A stretch of 64,000 bases of DNA. Source: Bdellovibrionales bacterium (GTDB lineage: Bacteria > Bdellovibrionota > Bdellovibrionia > Bdellovibrionales > UBA1609). Below, piece by piece: positions 48,850 to 58,233 of this stretch (positions are counted from its first letter, which is position 1; each line of letters starts with the position of its first letter). The translations under genes and the position numbers were made by a program. Below the pieces are notes generated by a model that was not told the origin of the DNA, did not search any database, and saw only the letters and a list, made by a program, of their open reading frames with translations. The DNA is taken from NCBI GenBank assembly GCA_020850475.1, contig JADZEO010000146.1, positions 213-64,212 of the forward strand, given 5' to 3'.

Positions 48850-49401
48850 TTACCTGTACTCGCCCGGTTTCCAGTTGTCGCGCCAAGGGCGCGGAGCATT
48901 GTCAGCAATCATTTTCTGCACGACCATCACGCCATCGAGAACGGCTTCTGGTGTCGGCGGACAACCAGGAACGTAAACATCGACCGGCACGACTTTGTCG
49001 ACCCCTTGTAGCACGTGATAGGCCCGGTAAAATCCACCCGATGAGGCACAGGCACCCATGGCAATGACGTACTTGGGATCAAGCATTTGTTCATAGATTC
49101 GGACAATAATCGGCGCCATTTTTTCCGTAATGGTCCCCGCCACCAACAGGAGGTCCGCTTGCTGAGGAGAAAACCGCACGACTTCCGCCCCGAAACGAGC
49201 CAGGTCATAGCGAGGACCCATGACCGACATCATTTCGATTCCGCAACAGGCGGTACCATAGGGCATTGGCCACAGGGAATTTTTGCGCCCCCACGCAATG
49301 ATCTTGTCGATCTTAGTTGTGAAAGCGAATGATCGACTCGACTCGACCAAGGCGCGATCCATTTTGCGCGTGGCTGCCATCGCTTGCGACATGAAACACA
49401 C
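48850..49401 (-). CDS. nuoB: NADH-quinone oxidoreductase subunit B
   Basis: 183 aa with N2-cluster ligand motifs ([23 protein letters not shown]). Confidence 0.95.
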   Translation of the reverse strand: MCFMSQAMAATRKMDRALVESSRSFAFTTKIDKIIAWGRKNSLWPMPYGTACCGIEMMSVMGPRYDLARFGAEVVRFSPQQADLLLVAGTITEKMAPIIVRIYEQMLDPKYVIAMGACASSGGFYRAYHVLQGVDKVVPVDVYVPGCPPTPEAVLDGVMVVQKMIADNAPRPWRDNWKPGEYR

Positions 49402-49765
49402 TCCCCACGTTCAGAAAATAAGCAATTTTTTCAAGCTATTAGCATCACTGGTTGGGGCTGTCACGGGCAATAGAAATCTCTCACAACTGAGAATGAAAGC
49501 TCGGCATCCGATGCGAATCTTCGGGTCTTATATGATGCGTTGATTGGAGTCCCGATCGAGGGGCGTTTACGATAGTCAAATTGCGCTCAGCTCCGAAAGG
49601 GCTAGTTTTGCGGCCGGCACGTGGTTTCAATTTGAAACTAGGCCAAGGTTCTAAATAGAATTTTGTTGCTCAGGCAGACAAACGCCTAGGTGCTCTGGCC
49701 AATGATTCTCTCACGGACTGGGAGCTGGAAAGAGACGAAAATATCAACCTATGGAGGGGGGATTT

Positions 49766-51472
49766 ATGAAGGCAATTCTTCTATTAACATGCTTGTGGGG
49801 CTTTTCGGCTTTTGCCTCACAGCCAAGCGGGGACTATCTCATTCAGGTCACCCCGGAACTCAAGTCAGCACCACTACAACTTTACAGTGCTGTGCCCGGC
49901 GGGACTAAACTTGAAGACCTTGGCGTCAATAACTGGCTCCGCGTGCAGGTGCCCGCCAAAGCGATGAAGGCTTTTAGTCTTCAAGCGCTTCAGCAGAACC
50001 CCAATGTTTTGCAAATCCAACCGAACTATCCAATTGGTCTTATGAATGATTACAAAATTCAGGGACCATACCTTCGCCAACAATTGGCTCGCCAGGTCAA
50101 AAAGGCCTTTGGCGATGGCGGTTTTCCCTGGCCGGGTGATCCCGGTGACGGCGGCGATGGCGGGGGTTTTCCCTGGCCCGGCGATCCTGGTGACGGCGAT
50201 GGCGGCGGATTTCCCTGGCCTGGCGATCCTGGTGATGGCGGTGGCGGCGGTTTTCCCTGGCCCGGCGATCCTGGTGACGGCGGTGGCGGCGGTTTTCCGT
50301 GGCCCGGTAATCCCGGCGACGGCAGCGGTGGCGGCGGCGGTGGTGGTGGCGGAACAGCTATCAAAGACAACCCTGCGATTCCGACCAATGGCAGCGGTGG
50401 CTCTGGCGCCGACAAACTTTATGACCGTCAGTGGGGCATGAAGGACATTGGTAACAAAGATGCCTGGAAGACTGGCGCGGCAGCTCAAGATATTGTCGTG
50501 GCGGTGATTGATACTGGTATCGACTACACGCACGAAGATTTAGTCGACAACCTTTGGCGTAATGCCGGTGAAACCGGTCGTGATTCAGCTGGAAAAGACA
50601 AGGCCACTAACGGGGTCGATGACGATGGCAATGGCTACGTTGATGACGTCATTGGCTGGGACTTCGCCAGTAACGACAACAAACCCTTTGATTTGACAGT
50701 ACCACCCACTGACCTGTTGTTTGGCGGCGGAAACCCGGGCCACGGAACTCACGTTTCTGGCTGCGTGGCTGCTCGCGCCGACAACGGCAAGGGCATTATT
50801 GGCGTGGCTGACAATCATATTAAGATCATGGGTCTGCGGTTCTTGACGGAAAAAGGCCAAGGAACAACCGCAGATGCGATCAAAGCCGTTCGTTATGCTG
50901 TGGATAATGGCGCTAAGGTGAGCAACAACTCTTGGGGCTCCGAAGGTGAAGATCCGGCTGAAGGTAATGAAAACAAAGCCCTTCGCGACGTGATTGCTTA
51001 CGCTGAGTCTAAGGGAAGCTTGTTCATTGCCGCCGCCGGAAACGGCCACAATGGCGTGGGCTACAACAATGACACCGATTCCAAACCGGGCTACCCGGCT
51101 AGCTACCCTCACGAAAATATCGTGAGTGTTGCGGCAATCGATAAGAACGATGCTTTGGGTGCCTTTTCTAACTGGGGACCCAAAGGTGTGGATATCGGCG
51201 CTCCCGGCGTGGCGGTGTTCTCTACCATGGTGGGCAACAACTACAATGACCTCGTCATCGACATGATGGGCATGAAGGTGACTTGGGACGGTACCTCAAT
51301 GGCCTCGCCCCACGTTGCGGGTGCGGCGGCCCTTTATTGGTCTCGTAATCCAAGTAAAACTTGGCGCGAAGTTAAAGAGGCTCTTTTGACCTCTGTTCGC
51401 CGCACAAACAGCCTGAGCAATAAAGTTGTCTCGGGCGGAAAACTCGACGTACGCAACTTGATGACCAAGTAA
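49766..51472 (+). CDS. Secreted subtilisin-family (S8) serine protease with propeptide and Gly/Pro repeat insert
   Basis: ATG 49766 follows GGAGGGGGG. Signal peptide MKAILLLTCLWGFSAFA. Catalytic triad contexts VIDTGID, GHGTHVSG and GTSMASPHVAGAAAL. Confidence 0.9.
   Translation: MKAILLLTCLWGFSAFASQPSGDYLIQVTPELKSAPLQLYSAVPGGTKLEDLGVNNWLRVQVPAKAMKAFSLQALQQNPNVLQIQPNYPIGLMNDYKIQGPYLRQQLARQVKKAFGDGGFPWPGDPGDGGDGGGFPWPGDPGDGDGGGFPWPGDPGDGGGGGFPWPGDPGDGGGGGFPWPGNPGDGSGGGGGGGGGTAIKDNPAIPTNGSGGSGADKLYDRQWGMKDIGNKDAWKTGAAAQDIVVAVIDTGIDYTHEDLVDNLWRNAGETGRDSAGKDKATNGVDDDGNGYVDDVIGWDFASNDNKPFDLTVPPTDLLFGGGNPGHGTHVSGCVAARADNGKGIIGVADNHIKIMGLRFLTEKGQGTTADAIKAVRYAVDNGAKVSNNSWGSEGEDPAEGNENKALRDVIAYAESKGSLFIAAAGNGHNGVGYNNDTDSKPGYPASYPHENIVSVAAIDKNDALGAFSNWGPKGVDIGAPGVAVFSTMVGNNYNDLVIDMMGMKVTWDGTSMASPHVAGAAALYWSRNPSKTWREVKEALLTSVRRTNSLSNKVVSGGKLDVRNLMTK
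50111..50352 (+). repeat. In-frame ~39-bp tandem repeat (5 units) encoding GGFPWPGDPGDGG, ending in a poly-Gly run
   Basis: Five successive copies of ggcggttttccctggcc(c/g)gg(c/t)gatcc(t/c)ggtga(c/t)ggc... sit between the propeptide and the catalytic domain. Antisense track ORFs here are artefacts of the repeat. Confidence 0.85.
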
Positions 51473-51504
51473 TCTTGCGTCACAAGTGAGCCTTACGCTC
51501 AAAA

Positions 51505-51536
51505 CCCTCTCCCCACCGGGAGGGGGTTTTTTATTT
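51505..51536 (+). terminator. Rho-independent terminator after the protease gene
   Basis: Stem CCCTCTCC/GGAGGGGG (8 bp including one G:U, 6-nt loop) followed by TTTTTT. Preceded by AAAA. Confidence 0.65.
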
Positions 51537-51600
51537 ATTATCCGCCAACTTCCTGCTACAACCATTCTTCAATCCCTCATTCACCGCCCCAGGAGACCCT

Positions 51601-53397
51601 GTGAGCTCACTGCCACCAGGAAATTTGACTTCGTCCTCTCCGCCTGCGGACGAAAAACTTCTGCGGCATCCCTTTCTTTACTATTTTCGGAAGGACTGGA
51701 AGCTCTTTGCTGCGGGCATGGTGGCCCTGTTCCTGACCAATTCATTTGATGCCATTCCTCCTTATCTAATTGGCATGGCGATTAACCAGATTGCGGATCA
51801 AGCCGGATGGCGAAGTTTGGGCGAAACCATTCTGTTGATGATCGCCGCCTCCGCATGTTTAGCGGTTTGTCGCTATTGGTGGCGGATCTTTTGGGGACGA
51901 TTTCATCATGGCGTGGCCGAAGACCTGCGCAACCGCATTTTTGATAAATTTTTAGACCTAGGCCCCAGTTATTATCAAAAGAAACCCGTTGGCGAACTCA
52001 TGAGTCTCATGACCAACGACGTGAACTCCTTTCGAATGGCTATTGGCCCGGGCATGCTGATTCTCGCGGATGCTATTTTCATTTTGATGATTGTCCCCCC
52101 TCTCATGATCAGCCTCTCCGCGTCTTGGACCTGGAAAACCTTGATCCTCATGCCGATCATTCCGCCTTTGATTGCGCGGGTTTTGAAGTTGATTCTCGAC
52201 AATTACCGAAAGCAGCAAAATAAGTTCGCCGAAATGTCCGGCGCCGCTCAGGAAATAGTTTCGGGTGTCCGTATTATTAAGAGCTACGCCCAGGAACTGA
52301 ATCAAACTCGCTTGTTTAATTCCTTTAGCCGCAACTTTGAATTCGCGTGCAACGATGTGGCCCGGGTCGATGCCTATTTTACCCCGGTCATGGAATTCGG
52401 CGTGGCCACAGGATCGGTGATACTCCTACTGATTGGCGCCCCCGAAGTCATGGCCGGGACCGTGACGGTCGGGGCGTTTTTTAGTTTCTACCAGTATATC
52501 CAGCGCATGATTTGGCCGATGACGGCGATTGGTATCGCGTTTACTCACATTCAGCAGGGGCGGGCTTCGTTCAGTCGGATTTTGGACTTGTTGAAAACTT
52601 CAAATGATGTCCCCGATGAGGGGGCCGCGCAGATGAATCACTTTGACTCTCTCGAAGTGCGCGGTTTGACATTCACCTACCCGCAAGGCGAACAACCCAT
52701 ACTCAAGGACCTTTCGTTTGCAATCAGGGCGGGCGAGACCATCGGTATCGTTGGCCCTATCGGCTCAGGCAAGTCAACTCTCGTCGACTTGCTCTGTCGG
52801 CTGTATCCGGTCCCGAGCGAAACCATCTATTACAACGATACACCAGTCGAACAGATCAAGAAAAACAGTCTGCGGCGCCTGGTCAGTCTGGTGCCCCAAG
52901 ACGCATTTTTGTTTTCAAAAAAAATTCAGGAAAACATCGCCCTCAGTCGCAAAGAGTGGACGATGGATCAGGTCAAGAACATGTGCGAGTTAGTCAATAT
53001 TGACGATGAGATTTCCGATATTCCTGATACCTATGACGCCTACCTCGGAGAGCGAGGCGTGAATTTATCCGGGGGACAAAAGCAGCGACTGACCATTGCC
53101 CGAGCTCTAATGGCCGACTCACCGATTGTGATTTTTGATGATTCGCTCAGTGCCGTCGATGCTTCGACCGAAAAGAATATCCTGGCCAGCCTTCGCAACC
53201 GCTATCTCGCCGACCGCCGGAAAGTCACGGTCATACTTGTCTCCCATCGAATTGCCACTCTTAAATGGGCCGATCGAATCATGGTACTAAATGACGGGCG
53301 CTTGGAGGCATTTGCTTCTCACGAGGAATTGGTGAATTCCAACGCCACTTATCGCCAGTTAGTGGAACTCCAAAACGAGCACCGGAGTCACGCATGA
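51601..53397 (+). CDS. ABC exporter, fused permease/ATPase (type I, MsbA/MdlA-like), subunit 1
   Basis: 598 aa, GTG start after AGGAG. Six-TM domain, then NBD with GPIGSGKST, LSGGQKQR and IVIFDD. Confidence 0.9.
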   Translation: MSSLPPGNLTSSSPPADEKLLRHPFLYYFRKDWKLFAAGMVALFLTNSFDAIPPYLIGMAINQIADQAGWRSLGETILLMIAASACLAVCRYWWRIFWGRFHHGVAEDLRNRIFDKFLDLGPSYYQKKPVGELMSLMTNDVNSFRMAIGPGMLILADAIFILMIVPPLMISLSASWTWKTLILMPIIPPLIARVLKLILDNYRKQQNKFAEMSGAAQEIVSGVRIIKSYAQELNQTRLFNSFSRNFEFACNDVARVDAYFTPVMEFGVATGSVILLLIGAPEVMAGTVTVGAFFSFYQYIQRMIWPMTAIGIAFTHIQQGRASFSRILDLLKTSNDVPDEGAAQMNHFDSLEVRGLTFTYPQGEQPILKDLSFAIRAGETIGIVGPIGSGKSTLVDLLCRLYPVPSETIYYNDTPVEQIKKNSLRRLVSLVPQDAFLFSKKIQENIALSRKEWTMDQVKNMCELVNIDDEISDIPDTYDAYLGERGVNLSGGQKQRLTIARALMADSPIVIFDDSLSAVDASTEKNILASLRNRYLADRRKVTVILVSHRIATLKWADRIMVLNDGRLEAFASHEELVNSNATYRQLVELQNEHRSHA

Positions 53398-55241
53398 GCC
53401 AACCTAAAGAAAAACCGCGCGACTCCTTTTTCCAAGACGATCAAGTCCAATCCGAAATGGGCTTTACCTCATTTATTCGGCACATCTTTCCGTACATGTG
53501 GATTCACAAACCACAGCTCCTGTCGCTGATTGTGATTGTGGTTTTTTATGCCATCGCCGGACGCCTGCTGCCCATCTTGTTTGGACATGCCATCGATGAG
53601 GGCATCAAGAAGAATGTTCTGACCGTCGTTACCCACGTAGCCCTCGGATACTTGGTTCTTGAAATCATTCGTAGTGCTCTCTACTTCGGCCAAAGCTATG
53701 GAATTCAGAAACTAGGAAATCGAATTCTCTTCGAGATCCGCGAAAAACTCATCTCCCACGTTCAGGCTCTACCACTGGTTTACTTTGACAAAAATCCCGT
53801 CGGGCGCACCGTCACGCGAGTGACTAATGACGTTGCGGCATTGGGCGAGATGTTTAGCATGGGCTTTACCGCCATCTTTGTTAATGGCGTCGAGATGATT
53901 GCGATCTTAGTAGCCATGTCGCTGATCTCGGTCCGCCTCACCCTGGTGACTCTCGCCATCGCCCCGGCGCTGACATGGATTTCTCTGAGACTCAGTCGAC
54001 GCATTCGTGAGGTCGTCCGCGAAGCGAAAAAGAAGCTTGCAACCATCAATGCGTTCACTGCCGAGAGTCTCAATGGCATGAAGGTTCTGCAGCTCTTTGA
54101 CAAAACCCGGGAACGTCAACAAGAGTTTAATCGTCATTCGGAAGAGTACAAATCACTGAGCTTAAAGTCGGTGAAGCTTTTTGCCACACTCTGGCCGATC
54201 CTGGAGTTCTTCAATACCACGACTATTACGACGGCCCTGTTTTTCGGGGGGCTCTATTATCAGGATTTCGGCTTAACGATCGGCTCGCTCTCGGCGTTTT
54301 TGTTGTTAGTGCAGAGCTTTTTTCACCCTCTGCGAGTCATCCTAGAGCGTTACACCCAATTCCAGAATAGCTTGGCCAGCGCTGATCGGGTCTTTTCCTT
54401 GCTGAAGGAGTGCCCAGAACCCCTTGAGGGGGAGGCCTTGCCCCCTCATCGCTTGCGCGGCGAAATCGAGCTGCAGCACCTGGGGCACCGTTATGCCCCA
54501 GCCAATCCCTTGGCCCTGAACGACGTTAACCTCAAAATCAAGGCGGGAGAGTCGCTCGCGTTGGTGGGCCGCACGGGCAGCGGCAAAACGACTTTGATTT
54601 CACTTCTGCAACGGCTCTATTCGCCAACCAGTGGCGCCATCCTCGTCGATGGGCAGGCGCTCGACAAGGTTTCTCCTCGGGAGTGGCGTAAGCGGGTGGG
54701 CGTGGTGCTACAAGATAATTTTATTTTCAGAGGTACTATTGCCAGTAACATCAGCCTCGATAACCCCGTGATCACGCGGGAGCGCATTGAATGGGCGGCC
54801 CGCGAAGCCGGTTGCGATCGCCTCATCGGATCTCGTGAACTCGGTTTGGACTCCAAAGTGGAGGAACGCGGCAACAACTTGAGCGTCGGCGAACGTCAAT
54901 TGATTGCCTTTGCCCGAGTGTTGGCTTTCGATCCTGACATTTTGATTCTCGATGAAGCCACGGCGAATATTGACTCTCTCAGCGAGCAGTTGATTCAGCA
55001 AGCCACGGAACGCGTGATACAGGGACGCACCAGCATCATCATCGCCCACCGCCTTTCGACCATACTTGGATGTGACCGGATTGCGGTGCTCGACAAAGGC
55101 CGACTCATTGAAGTCGGCAGTCATGCTGAGCTCATCGAGCAACAGGGGAAATACTTTGCTCTCTACCAGTCCCAGTTTCGCGAGTCTGGCGGTGAGACTT
55201 CAGTGGACGCAAACACCCCGGTACCCCCTTCAATCGGTTAG
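53394..55241 (+). CDS. ABC exporter, fused permease/ATPase (type I, MsbA/MdlB-like), subunit 2
   Basis: 615 aa. The start overlaps the upstream stop (ATGA). NBD with GRTGSGKTT, LSVGERQ and ILILDE. Probably forms a heterodimer with subunit 1. Confidence 0.9.
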   Translation: MSQPKEKPRDSFFQDDQVQSEMGFTSFIRHIFPYMWIHKPQLLSLIVIVVFYAIAGRLLPILFGHAIDEGIKKNVLTVVTHVALGYLVLEIIRSALYFGQSYGIQKLGNRILFEIREKLISHVQALPLVYFDKNPVGRTVTRVTNDVAALGEMFSMGFTAIFVNGVEMIAILVAMSLISVRLTLVTLAIAPALTWISLRLSRRIREVVREAKKKLATINAFTAESLNGMKVLQLFDKTRERQQEFNRHSEEYKSLSLKSVKLFATLWPILEFFNTTTITTALFFGGLYYQDFGLTIGSLSAFLLLVQSFFHPLRVILERYTQFQNSLASADRVFSLLKECPEPLEGEALPPHRLRGEIELQHLGHRYAPANPLALNDVNLKIKAGESLALVGRTGSGKTTLISLLQRLYSPTSGAILVDGQALDKVSPREWRKRVGVVLQDNFIFRGTIASNISLDNPVITRERIEWAAREAGCDRLIGSRELGLDSKVEERGNNLSVGERQLIAFARVLAFDPDILILDEATANIDSLSEQLIQQATERVIQGRTSIIIAHRLSTILGCDRIAVLDKGRLIEVGSHAELIEQQGKYFALYQSQFRESGGETSVDANTPVPPSIG

Positions 55242-55271
55242 AACCGTCTGAGCATTTTTTGAATTGTGATG

Positions 55272-55844
55272 TCAAAGCTCCGGGGCCGGAGCAGGTCTCG
55301 TCCTCGAACTATCCACTATGGCCCTCAGGTGAGGAAACACCTCAAATGAGTCTTGTTTGCGAATTCGATCGAGAGCCTGCGTGTACTCGATAAATTTCGC
55401 AATTTGAAACGCCGAGCATGACGGGTACGTGAAACTTGATCCAGGAAACTCCAAAGTTGTTTGTCAATAAATGGTTCGCCGCCATGAATTTCAAGGTAGT
55501 CACACTCCGAAACTCGCTCCAATAGTTGAGCCATGAATTCTTCACTGTCAGAAAGATTTCCAAATTGACTGTGACTTAGGACAGCGCCGGCCATTTGTTC
55601 TCGAACGAAGCTCGGCAAATCCCCACTGTTGGATTTGAGGCTTGTTCGCAATCAGTTCCATCCTCAAATTCTTATAGAAATCACAGTTCCAAACTTTTTC
55701 GATCGATTTAGAATGGTGAAAGTTCTCGACGTGAGAATATTTGGGTAGATCCTCACTGCACACCCGAAACTCCCCGTTCCCTCTCGTGTTGACGAGGATG
55801 AAAGGGTACATGCAAAAGTGCGCATGATGTTTTTCCAAAATCAA
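55272..55844 (-). pseudogene. Decayed remnant of an N-twitch radical-SAM paralog (frameshifted, internally deleted, Fe-S Cys lost)
   Basis: Three overlapping-frame ORFs (55548..55844, 55325..55651, 55272..55454) align colinearly with the 14382..15626 protein: HFCMYPF...RVC / KVWNCDFYKNLRMEL, then AVLSHSQFGNLSDS in place of LDLSFSNICNLACRTCSS, then LEIHGGEPFIDKQLWSFL, then AKFIEYT. Total length is about 570 nt against about 1250 nt for an intact copy. Confidence 0.55.
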
Positions 55845-55874
55845 TAACTCCTTTGTCAGGCCCGTGCCACCAGG

Positions 55875-56921
55875 TTACTTGCCAACCGGCAACACCGCTT
55901 CACTCCATTGTGGATCATAGTAATGAAAGGTGTCGTAGGTCAGGCGGCGAACATTGCGACCGTTGGTGTCGATAATGTAGAGTTGGTTGTAACCCGTGCG
56001 GTCACTCACAAAAAGAAGGTGTTTGCCGTCGGGAGAAAAGCCCGGCGACTCATTATTGGCAAAACCACCGGAGGGATTCTTGGCTCCGGTAATCTTTTGC
56101 AAATTCTTGCCCGTCGCATCCACTATAAAAATATCGAAGTGCCCCTTGAGGTAGCCTTGAAAGACGAGCCGCTGTCCATCGGGAGACCACTGTGGTCGTG
56201 TGTTGTAGCGACCGGCAAATAAGATGCGAGTATCTTCACCCGTTTTGAGATCGCGAATATACAATGTCGGTCGACCATCTCGATCTGAAACAAAGGCCAA
56301 GCGCCCCCCATCGGGAGACACAGCTGGCTCAGACGAGAGCGCGCGGCTCCCGCGCAGCTTGGTGCCCGCTTTCTTCATTTTCTTGCCATGGGTGACCCGG
56401 ACAAAGTCCTTGCCGTCGGAATTGATGCGAAAGACATCCAACACCTTGCCCTGACGAATCGTATAGTAAATGGACCGGCCGGTAGGATCGAAACTCCCTG
56501 ACAAATTGAGTCCCCGCTTATACGAAAGTAACTTTCGTTCGCGCGTTACCAAATTGTATAAAAACAGGTCGCCGTTTCGGACCTTCTCCTTTTTGTGAAA
56601 TACAAAAGAGGTGTAGGCCATCCAGGGATTCGCTCCAGCCAACGTGGGACGAGCTGAGATCGACCGATGGTCGGTCAACTGCCGCAACAGGCCGGTCTTG
56701 AGGTCCATGATAAAGAGTTCGCGCGATTCATACTTGGGCAGAACCTCGATGGGCTGCTTCATGGTACGCGAGAATACAATTTGCCCGTTAAACTGGCCGA
56801 TGCCCGATTGAGTGACTTGCAGAATCGGCACACCGAGGAAATAGAGGCCCGCTCCAGTCAGGATTGCGAGCAGCAAAAATCCCACAAATAGACGTGCCCA
56901 ATTGTCGCGAATCCATTCCAT
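55875..56921 (-). CDS. Membrane-anchored PD40/TolB-like beta-propeller protein
   Basis: 348 aa with an N-terminal TM helix and repeated PD40 motifs (SPDGGRLAFVSDRDGRPTLYI, WSPDGQRLVF, FSPDGKHLLFVSDRTGYNQLYI). Confidence 0.8.
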   Translation of the reverse strand: MEWIRDNWARLFVGFLLLAILTGAGLYFLGVPILQVTQSGIGQFNGQIVFSRTMKQPIEVLPKYESRELFIMDLKTGLLRQLTDHRSISARPTLAGANPWMAYTSFVFHKKEKVRNGDLFLYNLVTRERKLLSYKRGLNLSGSFDPTGRSIYYTIRQGKVLDVFRINSDGKDFVRVTHGKKMKKAGTKLRGSRALSSEPAVSPDGGRLAFVSDRDGRPTLYIRDLKTGEDTRILFAGRYNTRPQWSPDGQRLVFQGYLKGHFDIFIVDATGKNLQKITGAKNPSGGFANNESPGFSPDGKHLLFVSDRTGYNQLYIIDTNGRNVRRLTYDTFHYYDPQWSEAVLPVGK

Positions 56922-56924
56922 CGC

Positions 56925-57461
56925 TTACGTCCTAGAAGCTCGCTGCGATCCGGTTGACGACCCTGGCCGAGGAAAATGCCAGCCCATTAATACCAAACTA
57001 CCCAACCAAAATGGCACAAATTGCCCAAACTCGCCAGTGGTCGAAACGGCCACCAAGCCAAATATCACGACCGACTCGGACAACGCCAATGCGACGATAT
57101 GGGCCACGAGCCAGTTAGGATAGGAAAAAACAAAATTGCGTAGGTCGATAGGCGCCGCCGACAACTCCTGCCGTTGCTGATCATTGAGACCCTTTAGGTG
57201 ACCTGGAGCCACAGGGAGAGGACGATTCAAGAACAGGTTTCGAACAAAAATACTTAGAATTGCGACGACCAAAGCCGCAACCGTCAACACGGTCGTGAGT
57301 GATCCTTCCCGACCAAAGTCGGTCACAGGACCCACCGTTCCTAGGACTGAGTGGGCGACAAAGGCATAGACACCGGTCGACACCACCAACACTCCCCAAA
57401 TCATACGCCCGATCAAGAGATATTGTCGCGCTAAACGCTGTGCAATGTTGTGAGAATTCAT
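56925..57461 (-). CDS. Hypothetical integral membrane protein (about 4 TM)
   Basis: 178-aa hydrophobic ORF ending 3 nt upstream of the PD40 gene start. Confidence 0.6.
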   Translation of the reverse strand: MNSHNIAQRLARQYLLIGRMIWGVLVVSTGVYAFVAHSVLGTVGPVTDFGREGSLTTVLTVAALVVAILSIFVRNLFLNRPLPVAPGHLKGLNDQQRQELSAAPIDLRNFVFSYPNWLVAHIVALALSESVVIFGLVAVSTTGEFGQFVPFWLGSLVLMGWHFPRPGSSTGSQRASRT

Positions 57462-57497
57462 TGGGCTATTCCAACACAGCCCAAGTAATGCGTCAGC

Positions 57498-57530
57498 AAA
57501 AAAAATCCACCCCGGGGAGTGTGGGGTGGA
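57498..57530 (-). terminator. Rho-independent terminator downstream of the coiled-coil gene
   Basis: The minus-strand RNA has stem TCCACCCC/GGGGTGGA (8 bp, 9-nt loop) followed by U8. A second hairpin, TTCGGGTC/GACCCGAA, lies at 57549-57570. Confidence 0.7.
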
Positions 57531-57590
57531 CTTTTGGACACTTCAAATTTCGGGTCTTCACCGACCCGAATTCAAACTCAAGGTATTAAA

Positions 57591-58220
57591 CTAGTCCGCC
57601 ATCTTGCGAAATTCGGTGTGGGTCTTCTGAGCAATCTGACGTTCTTTATTCCAACGTTCGGTTTCCTTGGCATAAGACTTGCGCTTGCCCTGCCACTGAT
57701 CCAAGCTTGCCTTGGCGGTGACTTCCTTTTTCTCAATTTCAGTCAACAATTCAGCCATCATCTTTTTTTGATTATCCCAATCGACCTTTTCCTGCTCAAT
57801 GTCTGTCATCTTGGCCTCATAGGCCTTGATGTTGGCTTCCCGCTGAGCCTTGTTCTTTTCGACCTTGTCCAGCAGCGCCCTTATCTTATCAATTTGTTTT
57901 TGATCTTCGGCGAGCTTGCCCTGCTCAGTCGTCTTCAGCTGCTGGAGCTGACCCTTCATTTTGTCTAGGGCCAATTTGTTCTTTTCAAAGTCTTTGTCAT
58001 TCTTCTGCAATTGCTTTTTCTTTTTGGCTAGCTCAGTCAGAGCGGTTTGGGCCTCTTTTTCATTGGTCGTCGATATTTCGAGATTTTTTTGGTACTGCTC
58101 AAAGTTGGCTTGACTGTTTTCCTCGTTCTTTTTGAGCAACTCCATATTGGTCTCAACATCGGTACCTGCCGTTGCAACTAACGACATTGTGCCTATGATT
58201 ATTGCAACTAACGTTCTCAT
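57591..58220 (-). CDS. Secreted coiled-coil protein
   Basis: 209 aa with a signal peptide (MRTLVAIIIGTMSLVATAG), then heptad-like K/E/Q-rich sequence throughout. Confidence 0.65.
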   Translation of the reverse strand: MRTLVAIIIGTMSLVATAGTDVETNMELLKKNEENSQANFEQYQKNLEISTTNEKEAQTALTELAKKKKQLQKNDKDFEKNKLALDKMKGQLQQLKTTEQGKLAEDQKQIDKIRALLDKVEKNKAQREANIKAYEAKMTDIEQEKVDWDNQKKMMAELLTEIEKKEVTAKASLDQWQGKRKSYAKETERWNKERQIAQKTHTEFRKMAD

Positions 58221-58233
58221 CTTTAATCTCCCC

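Noticed and set aside
49766-55844. RiPP-like biosynthetic locus (S8 protease, two ABC exporters and a radical-SAM gene)
   Set aside because: The radical-SAM gene is a decayed fragment on the opposite strand. The ABC proteins lack an N-terminal C39 peptidase domain. The protease has its own terminator, and no precursor-peptide ORF is evident. The co-location is probably coincidental.
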